A stretch of DNA of 47,037 nucleotides from an uncultured Gemmatimonadaceae bacterium (GTDB lineage Bacteria > Gemmatimonadota > Gemmatimonadetes > Gemmatimonadales > GWC2-71-9): assembly GCA_964501735.1 (NCBI GenBank), contig CAZCVG010000004.1:1-47037 (forward strand), given 5' to 3'. A model generated the notes under the pieces. It searched no databases. It was not told where the DNA came from and was given only the letters and a program-made list of their open reading frames with translations. Made by a program: the position numbers and the translations under genes. Shown here piece by piece: positions 18,532-28,414 of this stretch (position 1 is its first letter; each line of letters starts with the position of its first letter).

Positions 18532-18791
18532 TCGAACGCGAAGCCCGCATCGTCAACCAGCTCGGCCTCCACGCCCGGCCGGCCGCCAAGCTGGTCAAGA
18601 CCGCCAGCGCCTTCCAGGCCGAGATCGAGATCGTCAAGGATGGCATGGCTATCAACGGCAAGAGCATCATGGGGGTCATGATGCTGGCGGCTGAATGCGG
18701 CAGTTCGCTGGTCTTCCGGGCCACCGGCCCCGACGAGGCCGCGGCGGTCGAGGCGCTGGCGGCGCTGGTGGCCGGGGGATTCGGCGAGTGA
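18528..18791 (+). CDS. ptsH: phosphocarrier protein HPr
   Basis: 87 aa. His15 in GLHARPA and Ser46 in NGKSIMGVM are both present. Confidence 0.95.
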   Translation: MIEREARIVNQLGLHARPAAKLVKTASAFQAEIEIVKDGMAINGKSIMGVMMLAAECGSSLVFRATGPDEAAAVEALAALVAGGFGE

Positions 18792-20596
18792 CCGACGGCC
18801 ACCGGCTCTTCGGCGTCGGCGTCTCGCCGGGCGTGGCTTTCGGCCCGGCGATGATCGTCCGGCACGACGTGCCCGACGTCCCCAACCGGGCCTGCGCCCC
18901 CGACGAGGTCGAGGCCGAGGTCACCCGGCTCCACCTGGCGGTTGCGGGCGTGGTGGAGACCCTCTCGGGGCTCCGGGACCGGGTTCGGGAGCGAGCCGGC
19001 CGGGAGGAGTCGCACATCTTCGATGCCCAGATCCTCATGGCCCAGGACAGCGACTTCCTGCGCGGCGTCGAACATCTCATCCGGGAGAACCGCCTCAGCG
19101 CCGAGACCGCCTACGAGTTCAAGGCCCTGGAGGTGCGCAATGTCTGGGCAGGCTCGGGCAGCGCGCTGCTGCGCGAACGCCTGGCCGACCTCTCCGCCAT
19201 CCACAACCGGATGCTCACCCGGCTCCTGGGCCGGCCCGAGGAGGAACTCTGGTCCCAGCCGGCCGACGAGCAGGTCATCGTGGTGGCGCGGGAACTCTCG
19301 CCGGGGCTCACCGTGCAGCTCGACCGGGACCATGTGGTGGGGCTCATCAGCGAGGAAGGCACCCGCACCTCGCACGCGGCGATCCTGGCCCACTCGCTGG
19401 GGATTCCCGCGGTGATGGGCGCCGTGGGCGCGCTGGACCGGATCCGCAACGGGACGCCGCTCCTGCTGGATGGCCAGAGCGGCGTGGTGCTGATCGACCC
19501 CTCCCGGGCGGAGATCGAGCGGGCCAGGGCCCAGCTCTCCCGGCGCCAGAAGCTGGAACTGGAGCTGGAGGCGGCGGTTACCCAGGCGGCGATCACCCCC
19601 GACGGGGTCCAGCTCACCCTGATGGGCAACGTGGACCTGCCGGACGAGATCGTCCCTGCGGCCCGGCATGATGCCCACGGCGTGGGGCTCCTCAGGACCG
19701 AGTTCCTGGTCATGGGCCGGGCCGCCCTGCCGACCGAGGACGAGCAGACCGACTACTTCCGCCGGGTGAGCGACGCCTTCCCGGGCCACCCGGTGGTGGT
19801 GCGTTCATTCGACCTTGGCGGCGACAAGTTTCCCGCCGCGTTCCGGGCGCCGCAGGAGGCCAATCCCTTCCTCGGCTGGCGATCCATCCGGGTGTGCCTC
19901 GACCATCCCGAGATCTTTCGGCCCCAGCTGCGCGCGGTCCTCCGGGCCGCGGCGGACCGGCGACTGGACCTGATGCTGCCGCTGGTGACCCGGGTGGAGG
20001 AGGTCATCCAGACCAAGGAGATGCTGCTGGAGGAGGCGCTGAACCTGGCCCGGGCCGGGGTGCGGGCGGCGGCCTCGGTGCCGGTCGGCGTCATGATCGA
20101 GACCCCGGCGGCGGTGATCATGGCCGACCAGCTGGCCCGGCACAGCGCCTTCTTCTCCGTGGGCACCAATGACCTGGTGCAGTACACCCTCGCCGTGGAC
20201 CGGGGCAACGCCCGCCTCGCCCAGCGGTTCTCGCCGCATCATCCGGCGATCCTCCGGCAGCTCAGGTCCATCGTGGAGGCCGGCGCCCGTGGTGGCATCG
20301 GGGTCAGCGTGTGCGGCGAGATGGCCTCCGACCCGCTGTCGGTGGTGCTGCTGCTCGGCCTCGGGTACCGCACCCTCAGTGTGGCGCCGCCCGCCCTCCC
20401 GCTGGTCAAGTGGGTGGTGCGAAGCGTCCCCATCCCCGTGGCCGAACGGGCCGCGGCAGCCGCGCTCGGCGCCGACACCGCCGAGGGCGCCTCGGAGGCG
20501 GTGCGGGCGGCGGTGCAGGACCTCTTCGATGCCCGCCTGCTGGACGCGGTGACAACGTTGCCGCGCCAGACCACTGGCACTAGCTTGCGCGAATAA
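18788..20596 (+). CDS. ptsI: phosphoenolpyruvate--protein phosphotransferase (Enzyme I)
   Basis: GTGA overlap. GTRTSHAAILA (active-site His) and a C-terminal PEP-utilising TIM-barrel domain. Confidence 0.95.
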   Translation: MTDGHRLFGVGVSPGVAFGPAMIVRHDVPDVPNRACAPDEVEAEVTRLHLAVAGVVETLSGLRDRVRERAGREESHIFDAQILMAQDSDFLRGVEHLIRENRLSAETAYEFKALEVRNVWAGSGSALLRERLADLSAIHNRMLTRLLGRPEEELWSQPADEQVIVVARELSPGLTVQLDRDHVVGLISEEGTRTSHAAILAHSLGIPAVMGAVGALDRIRNGTPLLLDGQSGVVLIDPSRAEIERARAQLSRRQKLELELEAAVTQAAITPDGVQLTLMGNVDLPDEIVPAARHDAHGVGLLRTEFLVMGRAALPTEDEQTDYFRRVSDAFPGHPVVVRSFDLGGDKFPAAFRAPQEANPFLGWRSIRVCLDHPEIFRPQLRAVLRAAADRRLDLMLPLVTRVEEVIQTKEMLLEEALNLARAGVRAAASVPVGVMIETPAAVIMADQLARHSAFFSVGTNDLVQYTLAVDRGNARLAQRFSPHHPAILRQLRSIVEAGARGGIGVSVCGEMASDPLSVVLLLGLGYRTLSVAPPALPLVKWVVRSVPIPVAERAAAAALGADTAEGASEAVRAAVQDLFDARLLDAVTTLPRQTTGTSLRE

Positions 20597-20644
20597 CTGC
20601 CGGCTCGCCGTACGAGCCTCCGCCCACACCCACATCCCCCGCTC

Positions 20645-21841
20645 ATGGCCACCACGCACCGCCACGTCTTCACCTCCGAATCCGTCACCGAAGGACACCC
20701 CGACAAGGTGGCGGACCAGATCTCCGACGCCGTGCTCGACGCCATCCTCAAGCAGGATGCCGCCGGCCGGGTGGCGTGCGAGACCCTGGTGACGACCGGC
20801 ATGGCCATCGTGGCCGGGGAGATCACCACCAACTGCTACGTGCACTTCCCCGAGGTGGTGCGGGAGACCATCCGGAAGATCGGCTACGTGGACGCCAACT
20901 ACGGCATTGACGGCACCACCTGCGCCGTGCTCGCCGCCATTGACAACCAGTCGCCCGATATCGCCCAGGGCGTGGACACCGGCGGCGCCGGCGACCAGGG
21001 CATGATGTTCGGCTACGCCACCGACGAGACCCGCTCCCGCATGCCGCTCCCCATCCAGTTGGCCCATCGCCTGGCCGAGCAGCTGGCGGCGGTGCGCCGG
21101 GGGGACAACGGCAACGGCCACCTCGAGTGGCTCCGCCCCGACGGCAAGAGCCAGGTCTCGGTCGAGTACGCCGGAGACCGGCCGGTCGGGATCCGCACCG
21201 TGGTGGTCTCCACCCAGCACGCCGCCACCTGGAAGGGGCGGGAGCTGTCCCAGAAGACCATTCGCGAGGGCGTCACCGAGGAGGTCATCCGCCCGGTGCT
21301 GGCCCGCACCGGGTTCGACACCCGGCGCACCAGGATCCACATCAATCCCACCGGCCGGTTCGTCATCGGCGGCCCCCACGGCGACGCCGGTCTCACCGGC
21401 CGCAAGATCATCGTGGACACCTACGGCGGCATGGCCCGCCACGGCGGTGGCGCCTTCAGCGGGAAGGATCCGTCCAAGGTGGACCGTTCGGCGGCCTACG
21501 CCATGCGCTGGGTGGCCAAGAACATCGTGGAGGCCAAGCTGGCGCGCCGGTGCGAGGTCCAGGTGGCCTATGCCATCGGGGTGCGGGAGCCGGTGTCGGT
21601 CATGGTGCAGACCTTCGGCACCGGCGCCGTCCCCGACCGGCGCCTGGAGACCGCGGTGCAGGAGGTGTTCGACCTCACCCCCGGCGGCATCATCAAGGCG
21701 CTGGACCTCCGCAAGCCGATCTACTCGCCCACCGCGGCCTATGGGCACTTCGGCCGCAAGCCCTACAGCCGGCGCGGACTCCGGTTCTTCCCGTGGGAGG
21801 AAACCAACCGGGTGGACGAGCTGCTCGACGCCGTCGGATGA
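20645..21841 (+). CDS. metK: S-adenosylmethionine synthase
   Basis: [20 protein letters not shown] and [16 protein letters not shown] motifs. Confidence 0.97.
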   Translation: MATTHRHVFTSESVTEGHPDKVADQISDAVLDAILKQDAAGRVACETLVTTGMAIVAGEITTNCYVHFPEVVRETIRKIGYVDANYGIDGTTCAVLAAIDNQSPDIAQGVDTGGAGDQGMMFGYATDETRSRMPLPIQLAHRLAEQLAAVRRGDNGNGHLEWLRPDGKSQVSVEYAGDRPVGIRTVVVSTQHAATWKGRELSQKTIREGVTEEVIRPVLARTGFDTRRTRIHINPTGRFVIGGPHGDAGLTGRKIIVDTYGGMARHGGGAFSGKDPSKVDRSAAYAMRWVAKNIVEAKLARRCEVQVAYAIGVREPVSVMVQTFGTGAVPDRRLETAVQEVFDLTPGGIIKALDLRKPIYSPTAAYGHFGRKPYSRRGLRFFPWEETNRVDELLDAVG

Positions 21842-22326
21842 TCGAAGTCACCGTCGCCCACCTCGGGCTCGACCGCACCACCAACACCCCGGTGGTGATC
21901 CTGCGGGAAAAGACCGGCCAGCGGATGCTGCCGATCTGGATCGGGCCGGCCGAGGCGAGTGCGATCGCGATGGAGCTGCAGGGCATCAAGGCCCCCCGGC
22001 CGATGACCCACGACCTGCTGAAGTCGGTCATCACCGGCCTGGGCGCCACGGTGCGCCGGATCTGCATCAGCGGCCTCAAGGAGAAGACCTACTTCGCCGA
22101 GCTGTGGCTGGCCCGCGAGGACCACCTCTTCCAGCTCGACGCCCGCCCCTCCGACAGCATCGCCCTGGCCCTCCGGGTCCAGGCCCCGATCTTCACCGAT
22201 GACGGCCTGCTGGAACTGGGAGACGACGTGACCGCCCCGGACCCGGACCCCTCCGCCGAGGCGGACAAGCTCCGGGCCTACCTGGAAAAGATGGACCCTG
22301 AGGACTTCGGGAAATTCCAGCCGTGA
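21838..22326 (+). CDS. bifunctional nuclease (BFN/DUF151) family protein
   Basis: ATGA overlap with metK. Contains VVILRE....LPIWIG..EA.AI and PRPMTHDL motifs. Confidence 0.85.
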   Translation: MIEVTVAHLGLDRTTNTPVVILREKTGQRMLPIWIGPAEASAIAMELQGIKAPRPMTHDLLKSVITGLGATVRRICISGLKEKTYFAELWLAREDHLFQLDARPSDSIALALRVQAPIFTDDGLLELGDDVTAPDPDPSAEADKLRAYLEKMDPEDFGKFQP

Positions 22327-23423
22327 GGCGCGCCGCCTGGTGCGCCTTCCTGCTTTCTGCCACCACTCCACTCGCCGGCCAGCAGCTGGTCACGGTGTCC
22401 GGCCGGGTGATGCGGGTGGCCGGCCCCGACACCGTCCCGGTGGGGCGGACCACGGTGGTCCTCCACCGGGTGGCGCGCGAGGCCCAGGGGCCGGTGGATA
22501 CCACCCTCACCGATGGCCGCGGCCGCTTCCGATTCCGCTACGCCGCCGACACCGCCGCGGTCTTCCTCCTGAGCGCCGGCTTTGCCGGGATCGAGTACTT
22601 CTCCACCGCCCTGCAGGGCAGCGCCGCCGTGCCCGACAGCGGGCTCGTCCTGATGGTGTCCGACACCTCCGGCTCGGCGCCGGTCCGGGTGGCCTCCCGC
22701 CACATCGTGATCAGCAAGCCGGGCGAGGATGGCCTGCGGGCCGCGCTCGAGATCGTGGTGCTGGAGAACCAGGGCTCTGTCACGCGCGTGGCCGGCGACA
22801 GCACCCACCCGGTGTGGATGGCCCGGCTCCCCAGCGGCGCGGCCGGGGCGCAGGCCGGCAACGGCGACTACTCACCCGAGGCCCTGATCTTCCGGGGGGA
22901 CAGCGTGCTGCTCTTCGCCCCGGTGGCGCCGGGCGACAAGCAGGTGATCTACACCTACTCGCTGCCGCCCAACCCGGGCCGGGTCCGGGTTCCCATGGTG
23001 GACTCCGTGGCGGTGCTCAACCTGCTGCTGGAGGAGGTGGAGGTGCCGGTGACCGGGGCCGGGTTGTCCCGGGCCGGCCCCACCACTATCGAGAACCGCA
23101 CCTTCGAGCAGTGGAACGGCCCGGTCGCCGGCGGGGTGGTGCTGGAGATCGGCTTCGGCGGCGGACTGGCAAGGTGGCTGCTGCCCGCCTTGGTGAGCCT
23201 GGTGGCGCTGGCGCTGGCGCTCATGACGGTCCGGGCGCTCCGCCGGCCCGCGCCCAGCCCCGGCCCGCTGCCGCCGCTGGACCAGCTGGCGCGGCTGGAT
23301 GCCCGCTACGCCGGACGGCAGGCCGAAACGCCGCCGGAGGAGTGGGCACGGTACCAGGAGGAACGGGCCCGGCTCAAGGCCAGCCTGGCCGCCGGGCTTG
23401 TCCGGGAGGAGCGTGGCCCTTAG
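22323..23423 (+). CDS. hypothetical single-pass membrane protein with an N-terminal carboxypeptidase-regulatory-like beta domain
   Basis: GTGA overlap. Signal peptide, then VSGRV...G..V.L........TD..GRFRF, a TM helix WLLPALVSLVALALALMTV and a charged C-terminal tail. Confidence 0.6.
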   Translation: MRRAAWCAFLLSATTPLAGQQLVTVSGRVMRVAGPDTVPVGRTTVVLHRVAREAQGPVDTTLTDGRGRFRFRYAADTAAVFLLSAGFAGIEYFSTALQGSAAVPDSGLVLMVSDTSGSAPVRVASRHIVISKPGEDGLRAALEIVVLENQGSVTRVAGDSTHPVWMARLPSGAAGAQAGNGDYSPEALIFRGDSVLLFAPVAPGDKQVIYTYSLPPNPGRVRVPMVDSVAVLNLLLEEVEVPVTGAGLSRAGPTTIENRTFEQWNGPVAGGVVLEIGFGGGLARWLLPALVSLVALALALMTVRALRRPAPSPGPLPPLDQLARLDARYAGRQAETPPEEWARYQEERARLKASLAAGLVREERGP

Positions 23424-23439
23424 GTTAGCCCCGTCGTTC

Positions 23440-23600
23440 ACAATCCAAACACGAGTCGGGATGCTCGGAAGCCGGTGCGATACCGGCGCGGCCCCGCCAC
23501 TGTAACGGGCAGTACTGTTCCCGCTCACGTTCGCCACTGGGAAACCGGGAAGGCGAGCGGGATGCCCGAAGCCAGGAGACCTCTCGTCTCGTGCCACCAC
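23440..23600 (+). promoter_or_regulatory. cobalamin (B12) riboswitch
   Basis: GGAAGCCGGTGCGATACCGGCGCGGCCCCGCCACTGTAACGGG, GCCACTGGGAAACCGGGAAGGC and the B12 box GAAGCCAGGAGACCT occur in the canonical order. A possible P1 stem pairs ACGAG (23451-55) with CTCGT (23584-88). Confidence 0.85.
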
Positions 23601-23631
23601 GATCACCCTCGGGGGAGGGACCGGTGGCGAC

Positions 23632-24582
23632 TTGAGCCCTTCGCTGGCTTCTGTCCGCCCATCTCCACGGCCCCGGGGATGGGCGTTCGCGTCGCGGGTC
23701 CCGCACGCCACCGCTGCCATCCTCGCCGCCGTCCTTGTGGCCTGCGCCTCGCCGCCGGCCGCGCCCGCGCGCCTGCTCGCCGTGGACGACGCCGGGGACA
23801 CGCTGCGCCTGACCCGCCCGGCCCGGCGAGTGGTGTCGCTCAGCCCCGCCACCACCGAGCTGGTATTCGCGCTGGGGGCGGGCGGGCGGCTGGTCGGCCG
23901 CACCCGCTGGTGTGACTACCCCGAGGCTGCGGCCGCCGTACCCGATGTCGGGGACGGGATCCCGCCCAACCTCGAGGCGGTGCTCGCCCAGCGGCCCGAC
24001 CTGGTGCTCCTGTATCGCTCCGCCCAGAACAGCGATGCCGCCCGGCGGCTGCGTGAGGCCGGCGTGGGAGTCCTGCAACTCGATTTCAACCGCCTCGAGG
24101 ATGTCCCCCGCCTGGCCCGGCTGCTGGCCCCGCTGCTCGGCCGGCCGGCCAGCGGAGATTCGCTGGCCAGTGTCTTCGCCGCCGAGCTGGCCGACGCCAG
24201 CGTCCCGCCCGGCTCGGGCTGCGGAGCCGGCGAGTGCGCCTCGGTCCTGCTGCTCGCCTGGGACCAGCCCCCGATCGCAATCGGGCAGGGGAGCTTCCAG
24301 AGCGAAGTGCTGGAGCGGGCGGGGGCCCGGAACCTGTTCGGGGATCTCACCGTCCCCTCCGCCACCGTGAGCATCGAGGCCATCGTGGCCCGCGATCCCG
24401 ACCTGGTGCTGGTCGGTGACAGCGGCGCGCCCGCCATTGCAGGCCGGCCCGAGTGGCAGGTGGTGCCGGCGGTGCGGGATCGGCGCTTCGTCCGTTTCGG
24501 GCCACCCGCCTTCGGCCGGCCCAGCCCCCGTGCGCCGGAGATCATCCGGGCGCTGCGCCGCGCCCTGGGGGAGGCCCGATGA
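23632..24582 (+). CDS. ABC transporter periplasmic binding lipoprotein, BtuF/cobalamin-siderophore type
   Basis: TTG start 11 nt after GGAGGGA. Lipobox LVAC (Cys38). RVVSLSPATTELVFALGAGGRLVGRTRWCDYP is typical of Peripla_BP_2/BtuF. It lies behind a B12 riboswitch. Confidence 0.8.
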   Translation: MSPSLASVRPSPRPRGWAFASRVPHATAAILAAVLVACASPPAAPARLLAVDDAGDTLRLTRPARRVVSLSPATTELVFALGAGGRLVGRTRWCDYPEAAAAVPDVGDGIPPNLEAVLAQRPDLVLLYRSAQNSDAARRLREAGVGVLQLDFNRLEDVPRLARLLAPLLGRPASGDSLASVFAAELADASVPPGSGCGAGECASVLLLAWDQPPIAIGQGSFQSEVLERAGARNLFGDLTVPSATVSIEAIVARDPDLVLVGDSGAPAIAGRPEWQVVPAVRDRRFVRFGPPAFGRPSPRAPEIIRALRRALGEAR

Positions 24583-25547
24583 GCCGCTGGCTGGTGCTCG
24601 GCCTGGCGTCCGGCGCCGCCATCCTCGCGGGAGTGGGGGTGGGGGCCGTGGGGATCAGCCCCGGCCGGGTCTGGCAGGCACTCGCCGATCCGGCCGCGCC
24701 CGAGGCGGTGATCATTCGCCAGCTCCGCCTCCCCCGGGCCCTGCTCGGGTTCGTGGTGGGTGGCGGACTGGCGGTCTCCGGCGCGGTGCTCCAGGCCCTG
24801 ATCCGCAATCCGCTCGCCGACCCATACCTGCTGGGACTCTCCGGTGGCGCCGCACTGGGCGCGGTGGTGGTGATCGCCCTGGGGGCCGGGGGCGTGTGGA
24901 CCCTGCCGCTGGCCGCGCTGGCCGGGGCGCTGGCCGCCATGGTGCTGGTCTACCGCCTGAGCCTGGTGCAGGGCAGGCGGCTCGATGCCCACATCCTGCT
25001 GCTCGCGGGCGTGGTGGTGAGCGCCTTCGCCGGGGCGGTGGTGAGCGCCATCCTGGTGCTTTCCGAGGCCAGCCAGCTCCGCAACGCCTTTCTGTGGATG
25101 CTGGGCGGCCTGAGCGGCGCCTCGTGGCAGGCCCTGCTGGTCTTCCTGGCCTACGCGATCCTGCCCCTGCTGGTCCTCGGCTGGCACGCCCGCGGCTTCG
25201 ACCTCCTGGCGCTCGGCGATGAAACGGCGCGGCACCTCGGCACCGATCCCGAGCGGCTCAAGCGGGTGGCGTTCATCGCGACCGGCCTGCTCACCGCCGC
25301 GTCGGTCGCGGCGTGCGGCATGATCGGGTTTGTCGGCCTGGTGGTGCCGCACGCGCTCCGGCGCCTCTGGGGACCGCTCCACGCCCGGCTCCTCCCGGGG
25401 GCCTTCCTGGCCGGGGGCGCCTTCCTGGTCCTGGCCGATGCGCTGGCCAGGAGCCTCGCCCCGCCGCTCGAACTCCCCGTCGGCGTGGTCACCGCGCTGG
25501 TTGGGGTGCCGCTGTTCGCGGTCCTGCTCCGGCGGAGCATCGCATGA
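24579..25547 (+). CDS. FecCD-family ABC permease (BtuC-like)
   Basis: ATGA overlap. Polytopic protein with RLPR.L....GG.LA.SGA..Q motifs. Confidence 0.9.
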   Translation: MSRWLVLGLASGAAILAGVGVGAVGISPGRVWQALADPAAPEAVIIRQLRLPRALLGFVVGGGLAVSGAVLQALIRNPLADPYLLGLSGGAALGAVVVIALGAGGVWTLPLAALAGALAAMVLVYRLSLVQGRRLDAHILLLAGVVVSAFAGAVVSAILVLSEASQLRNAFLWMLGGLSGASWQALLVFLAYAILPLLVLGWHARGFDLLALGDETARHLGTDPERLKRVAFIATGLLTAASVAACGMIGFVGLVVPHALRRLWGPLHARLLPGAFLAGGAFLVLADALARSLAPPLELPVGVVTALVGVPLFAVLLRRSIA

Positions 25548-26350
25548 TCGTCCGCGCCGACCGCATCTCGGTGCACTATCCCGGCCGGCCGGAACCGGCC
25601 GTCCACGAGGTAAGCCTTGAACTCGCCGCCGGCGCGCTGGTCGGCGTGGTGGGGCCCAACGGGAGCGGCAAGACCACCCTGCTGCGCGCCCTGCTGGGCA
25701 CGCTCCCCCTTTCCGCCGGCTCGGTGACAATCCTCGACCGGCCGGTGGCCCGCTGGCCCGCGCGCGAGCTGGCCCGGCAGGTGGCGGTCGTGGCGCAGCG
25801 CGAGGAGGCACTCTTCCCCCTGACGGTGGCCGAGACGGTGGCGCTGGGCCGGTACGCCCACCTGGGACCGATCACGGCCCCCGGCGGCCGCGACCGCCGG
25901 GTCATCGAGGAGGCCATGGCCCGGGCCGACGTCGCGGAGTTCGCCAGGCGGAGCACCGATACGCTCTCGGGCGGCGAGTGGCAGCGGGTGCGGATCGCCC
26001 GGGCGCTGGCCCAGGAGCCGCGGGTGCTGGTCCTGGATGAACCGACCGCCTCCCTCGACGTGCGCCACGAGATGGAAGTCTTCGAGCTGGTCCGGCGCCT
26101 GGCCGCCGAGGGCATCGCCACCCTGCTGATCACCCATCACCTCAACCTCGCCGCCCGGTACGCCGACCGGCTGCTGCTCCTCCGCCAGGGCCGGGTGGCC
26201 GCCGAAGGGCCCCCGGCCGGGGTGCTGCGCCCCGAGATCGTCGCCGATGTGTTCGCCTGGCCCGTGGCCGTCACCACCTGGTCTGACGGCGCGCCCCAGG
26301 TCATTCCCCTCAAGCCCGGCGAGCAGCCGGAGAAGAGTCCCGCGTCATGA
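25544..26350 (+). CDS. ABC transporter ATP-binding protein (BtuD/FepC-like)
   Basis: Walker A GPNGSGKTT, signature LSGGE, Walker B VLVLDEPT. Confidence 0.92.
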   Translation: MIVRADRISVHYPGRPEPAVHEVSLELAAGALVGVVGPNGSGKTTLLRALLGTLPLSAGSVTILDRPVARWPARELARQVAVVAQREEALFPLTVAETVALGRYAHLGPITAPGGRDRRVIEEAMARADVAEFARRSTDTLSGGEWQRVRIARALAQEPRVLVLDEPTASLDVRHEMEVFELVRRLAAEGIATLLITHHLNLAARYADRLLLLRQGRVAAEGPPAGVLRPEIVADVFAWPVAVTTWSDGAPQVIPLKPGEQPEKSPAS

Positions 26351-28320
26351 ACTGCCGCACCCTTGCCCTGGTCCCGGTCCTCGTCCTCGCCCTGTCGCCG
26401 TCGGCCGCCGCGCAGCAGCGCGACACCGTCGAGCTGGAGGAGATCGTCGTAACCGCCGACCGGGCTCCAACCCCGCTGGCCCGGGTCATCTCCCCCACCA
26501 CGGTCATCACCGGGGAACAGCTCCGGGAGCGGGGCATCTACTTCCTGCAGGATGCCCTGCGCCAGGTGCCAGGCGCCGCCGTCGTGCCTACCGGGAGTTA
26601 CGGCGGGACCACCTCCCTCTTCCTCCGCGGTGGGGAGAGCGACTACACCAAGGTGCTGATTGACGGGGTGGCGGTGAACCAGGCGGGCGGGGCCTTCAAC
26701 TTCGGAACCCTGAGCACCGACAACATCGAGCGGATCGAGGTGGTGCGCGGCCCGGTCTCGGTGCTCTACGGTTCGGATGCCGTCACCGGGGTGGTCAACG
26801 TGATCACCCGCCGCGGCGCCGGCCGCCTGCGGGGAGACCTCGCCGCCCAGGGCGGCACCCACGGCAGCTGGGTGGGCGCCGGCTCGGTGAGCGGTGGCAG
26901 CGCCGAAGCGTCGTACTCGGTGGGCGTCTCCCGCCTCACGACCGACGGCACCTACGCCTTCAACAGCGGGTTCTCCAGCACCGTCGCCTCCGGCGCCCTG
27001 AGCGTCCGGCCCGACGACCGCACCGACATCACCCTCACCGCCCGCACCGGCGACAACACCTTCCGCTTTCCCACCAACTCCGCAGGTGTGGCCAGCGACA
27101 GCAACCAGCGCAACCTCCAGGACGGCACCACCCTCGGCCTCGACCTGGGCCGCCGGGTGGGCGCCTCGACCGAGCTCCGAGTCATGCTGGCTTCCCACAG
27201 CCAAGTGGACGGGGCCAGCGACGGGCCCGACTTTCCGGGCGACACGATCGGCTTCTTCGGCTCCGAGAGCCAGACCCGGACCCTGCGGCGCTCCGCCGAC
27301 GTGCGGAGCATCCTGCACCTGGCCTCGCGGGCCCGCCTCACGCTCGGGGCACAGGCCGAGTTCCAGGACCTCCGGGAGTTCAGCCGCTCGGAGTTCAACT
27401 TCGACACCGCGGTCACCGTGAGCGCCGACCCGCCGTTCGCGGCCACTCGCCGCAACCTGGGCGCCTACACCCAGGCCGTCGTGGATATCGGTCCCCGGGC
27501 GCTGCTCAACGTCGGGCTCCGCCTGGACGACAACCAGAAGTTCGGGACCCACCTCACCTACCGGGCCGGGGCGGTTTATGCGCTGGGCGCGGGGCTCCGA
27601 GCCCGAGCCGGGGTCGGCTCCGCCTTCAAGGAACCCTCCATCCGGGAGAACTACGCCCGGAGCCCGTTCGAGGTGGGCAACCCCGGGCTCGAGCCCGAGG
27701 AGAGCCGGGGGTGGGAGGTCGGCCTGGAGCAGACCCTGCTTCGGGGGACGCTGACCCTGGCCGCCAACTACTTCGACCAGCGCTTCCGCAACCTGATCCA
27801 GTACAATGGCGGCGCGCCGCCAGGCACCCCGACCTATGAGAACGTGGCCCGGGCCAGCAGCCGCGGCATCGAACTCCTTGCCGACCTGCGCCTCGCCCCG
27901 CGGACGACCGTGGCGCTGTCCTACACCTACCTCCGCACCCGGGTCGAAGACCCGGGGTACAGCACCGCGCCGGGTGACGTGTTCGTGGATGGGAAGGAAC
28001 TGATCCGGCGCCCGGCCCACAGTGCCCGGCTGGACGGCCGATTCCGGCCGGTGGATCGCCTTGGCGTCGGCGTCGCGGTGAACTATGTCGGCCGGCGGGC
28101 GGATGTGGACTTCCAGCCCTTCCCCTCGGTGCGCACCAGCCTGCCCGCCTACTTCCTGGTGGATGCCGACCTGTCGCTCGAGCTGCGCATACCCGGACGG
28201 GCGCCGAGCGTGGCGGCCACCCTGCGGGGGGAGAACCTGTTCGACAAGCGCTATGAGACCGTGGTCGGCTTCCCCGGCCGCGGCCGGGCCCTCTTCGCGG
28301 GGCTCCGGGTCGGCCTCTGA
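26347..28320 (+). CDS. TonB-dependent receptor, probably a cobalamin receptor (BtuB-like)
   Basis: ATGA overlap. Signal peptide, TonB-box/plug start (DTVELEEIVVTADR), FLRGGESDYTKVLIDGV plug motif and a long beta-barrel. It belongs to the riboswitch-led operon. Confidence 0.88.
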   Translation: MNCRTLALVPVLVLALSPSAAAQQRDTVELEEIVVTADRAPTPLARVISPTTVITGEQLRERGIYFLQDALRQVPGAAVVPTGSYGGTTSLFLRGGESDYTKVLIDGVAVNQAGGAFNFGTLSTDNIERIEVVRGPVSVLYGSDAVTGVVNVITRRGAGRLRGDLAAQGGTHGSWVGAGSVSGGSAEASYSVGVSRLTTDGTYAFNSGFSSTVASGALSVRPDDRTDITLTARTGDNTFRFPTNSAGVASDSNQRNLQDGTTLGLDLGRRVGASTELRVMLASHSQVDGASDGPDFPGDTIGFFGSESQTRTLRRSADVRSILHLASRARLTLGAQAEFQDLREFSRSEFNFDTAVTVSADPPFAATRRNLGAYTQAVVDIGPRALLNVGLRLDDNQKFGTHLTYRAGAVYALGAGLRARAGVGSAFKEPSIRENYARSPFEVGNPGLEPEESRGWEVGLEQTLLRGTLTLAANYFDQRFRNLIQYNGGAPPGTPTYENVARASSRGIELLADLRLAPRTTVALSYTYLRTRVEDPGYSTAPGDVFVDGKELIRRPAHSARLDGRFRPVDRLGVGVAVNYVGRRADVDFQPFPSVRTSLPAYFLVDADLSLELRIPGRAPSVAATLRGENLFDKRYETVVGFPGRGRALFAGLRVGL

Positions 28321-28414
28321 GCGGGCGTGGCGCTCCGCGCCCCGTGGGGATCTCCTTCCGCGGGGCGGGGAGCGCAACAGTCGCATCCAGAGGCTGACCA
28401 CTGCATCTTTCGGA

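Noticed and set aside
20597-20644. Possible SAM riboswitch upstream of metK.
   Set aside because: The gap is only 48 nt and contains just a short 6-bp hairpin (20602-18). It is too short and lacks SAM-I/II core motifs.
22340-23428. A 362-aa alternative-frame ORF overlapping the 22323-23423 gene.
   Set aside because: It is an Arg/Gly/Pro-rich translation. The 22323 frame has a signal peptide, beta-domain motifs, a TM helix and a GTGA-coupled start.
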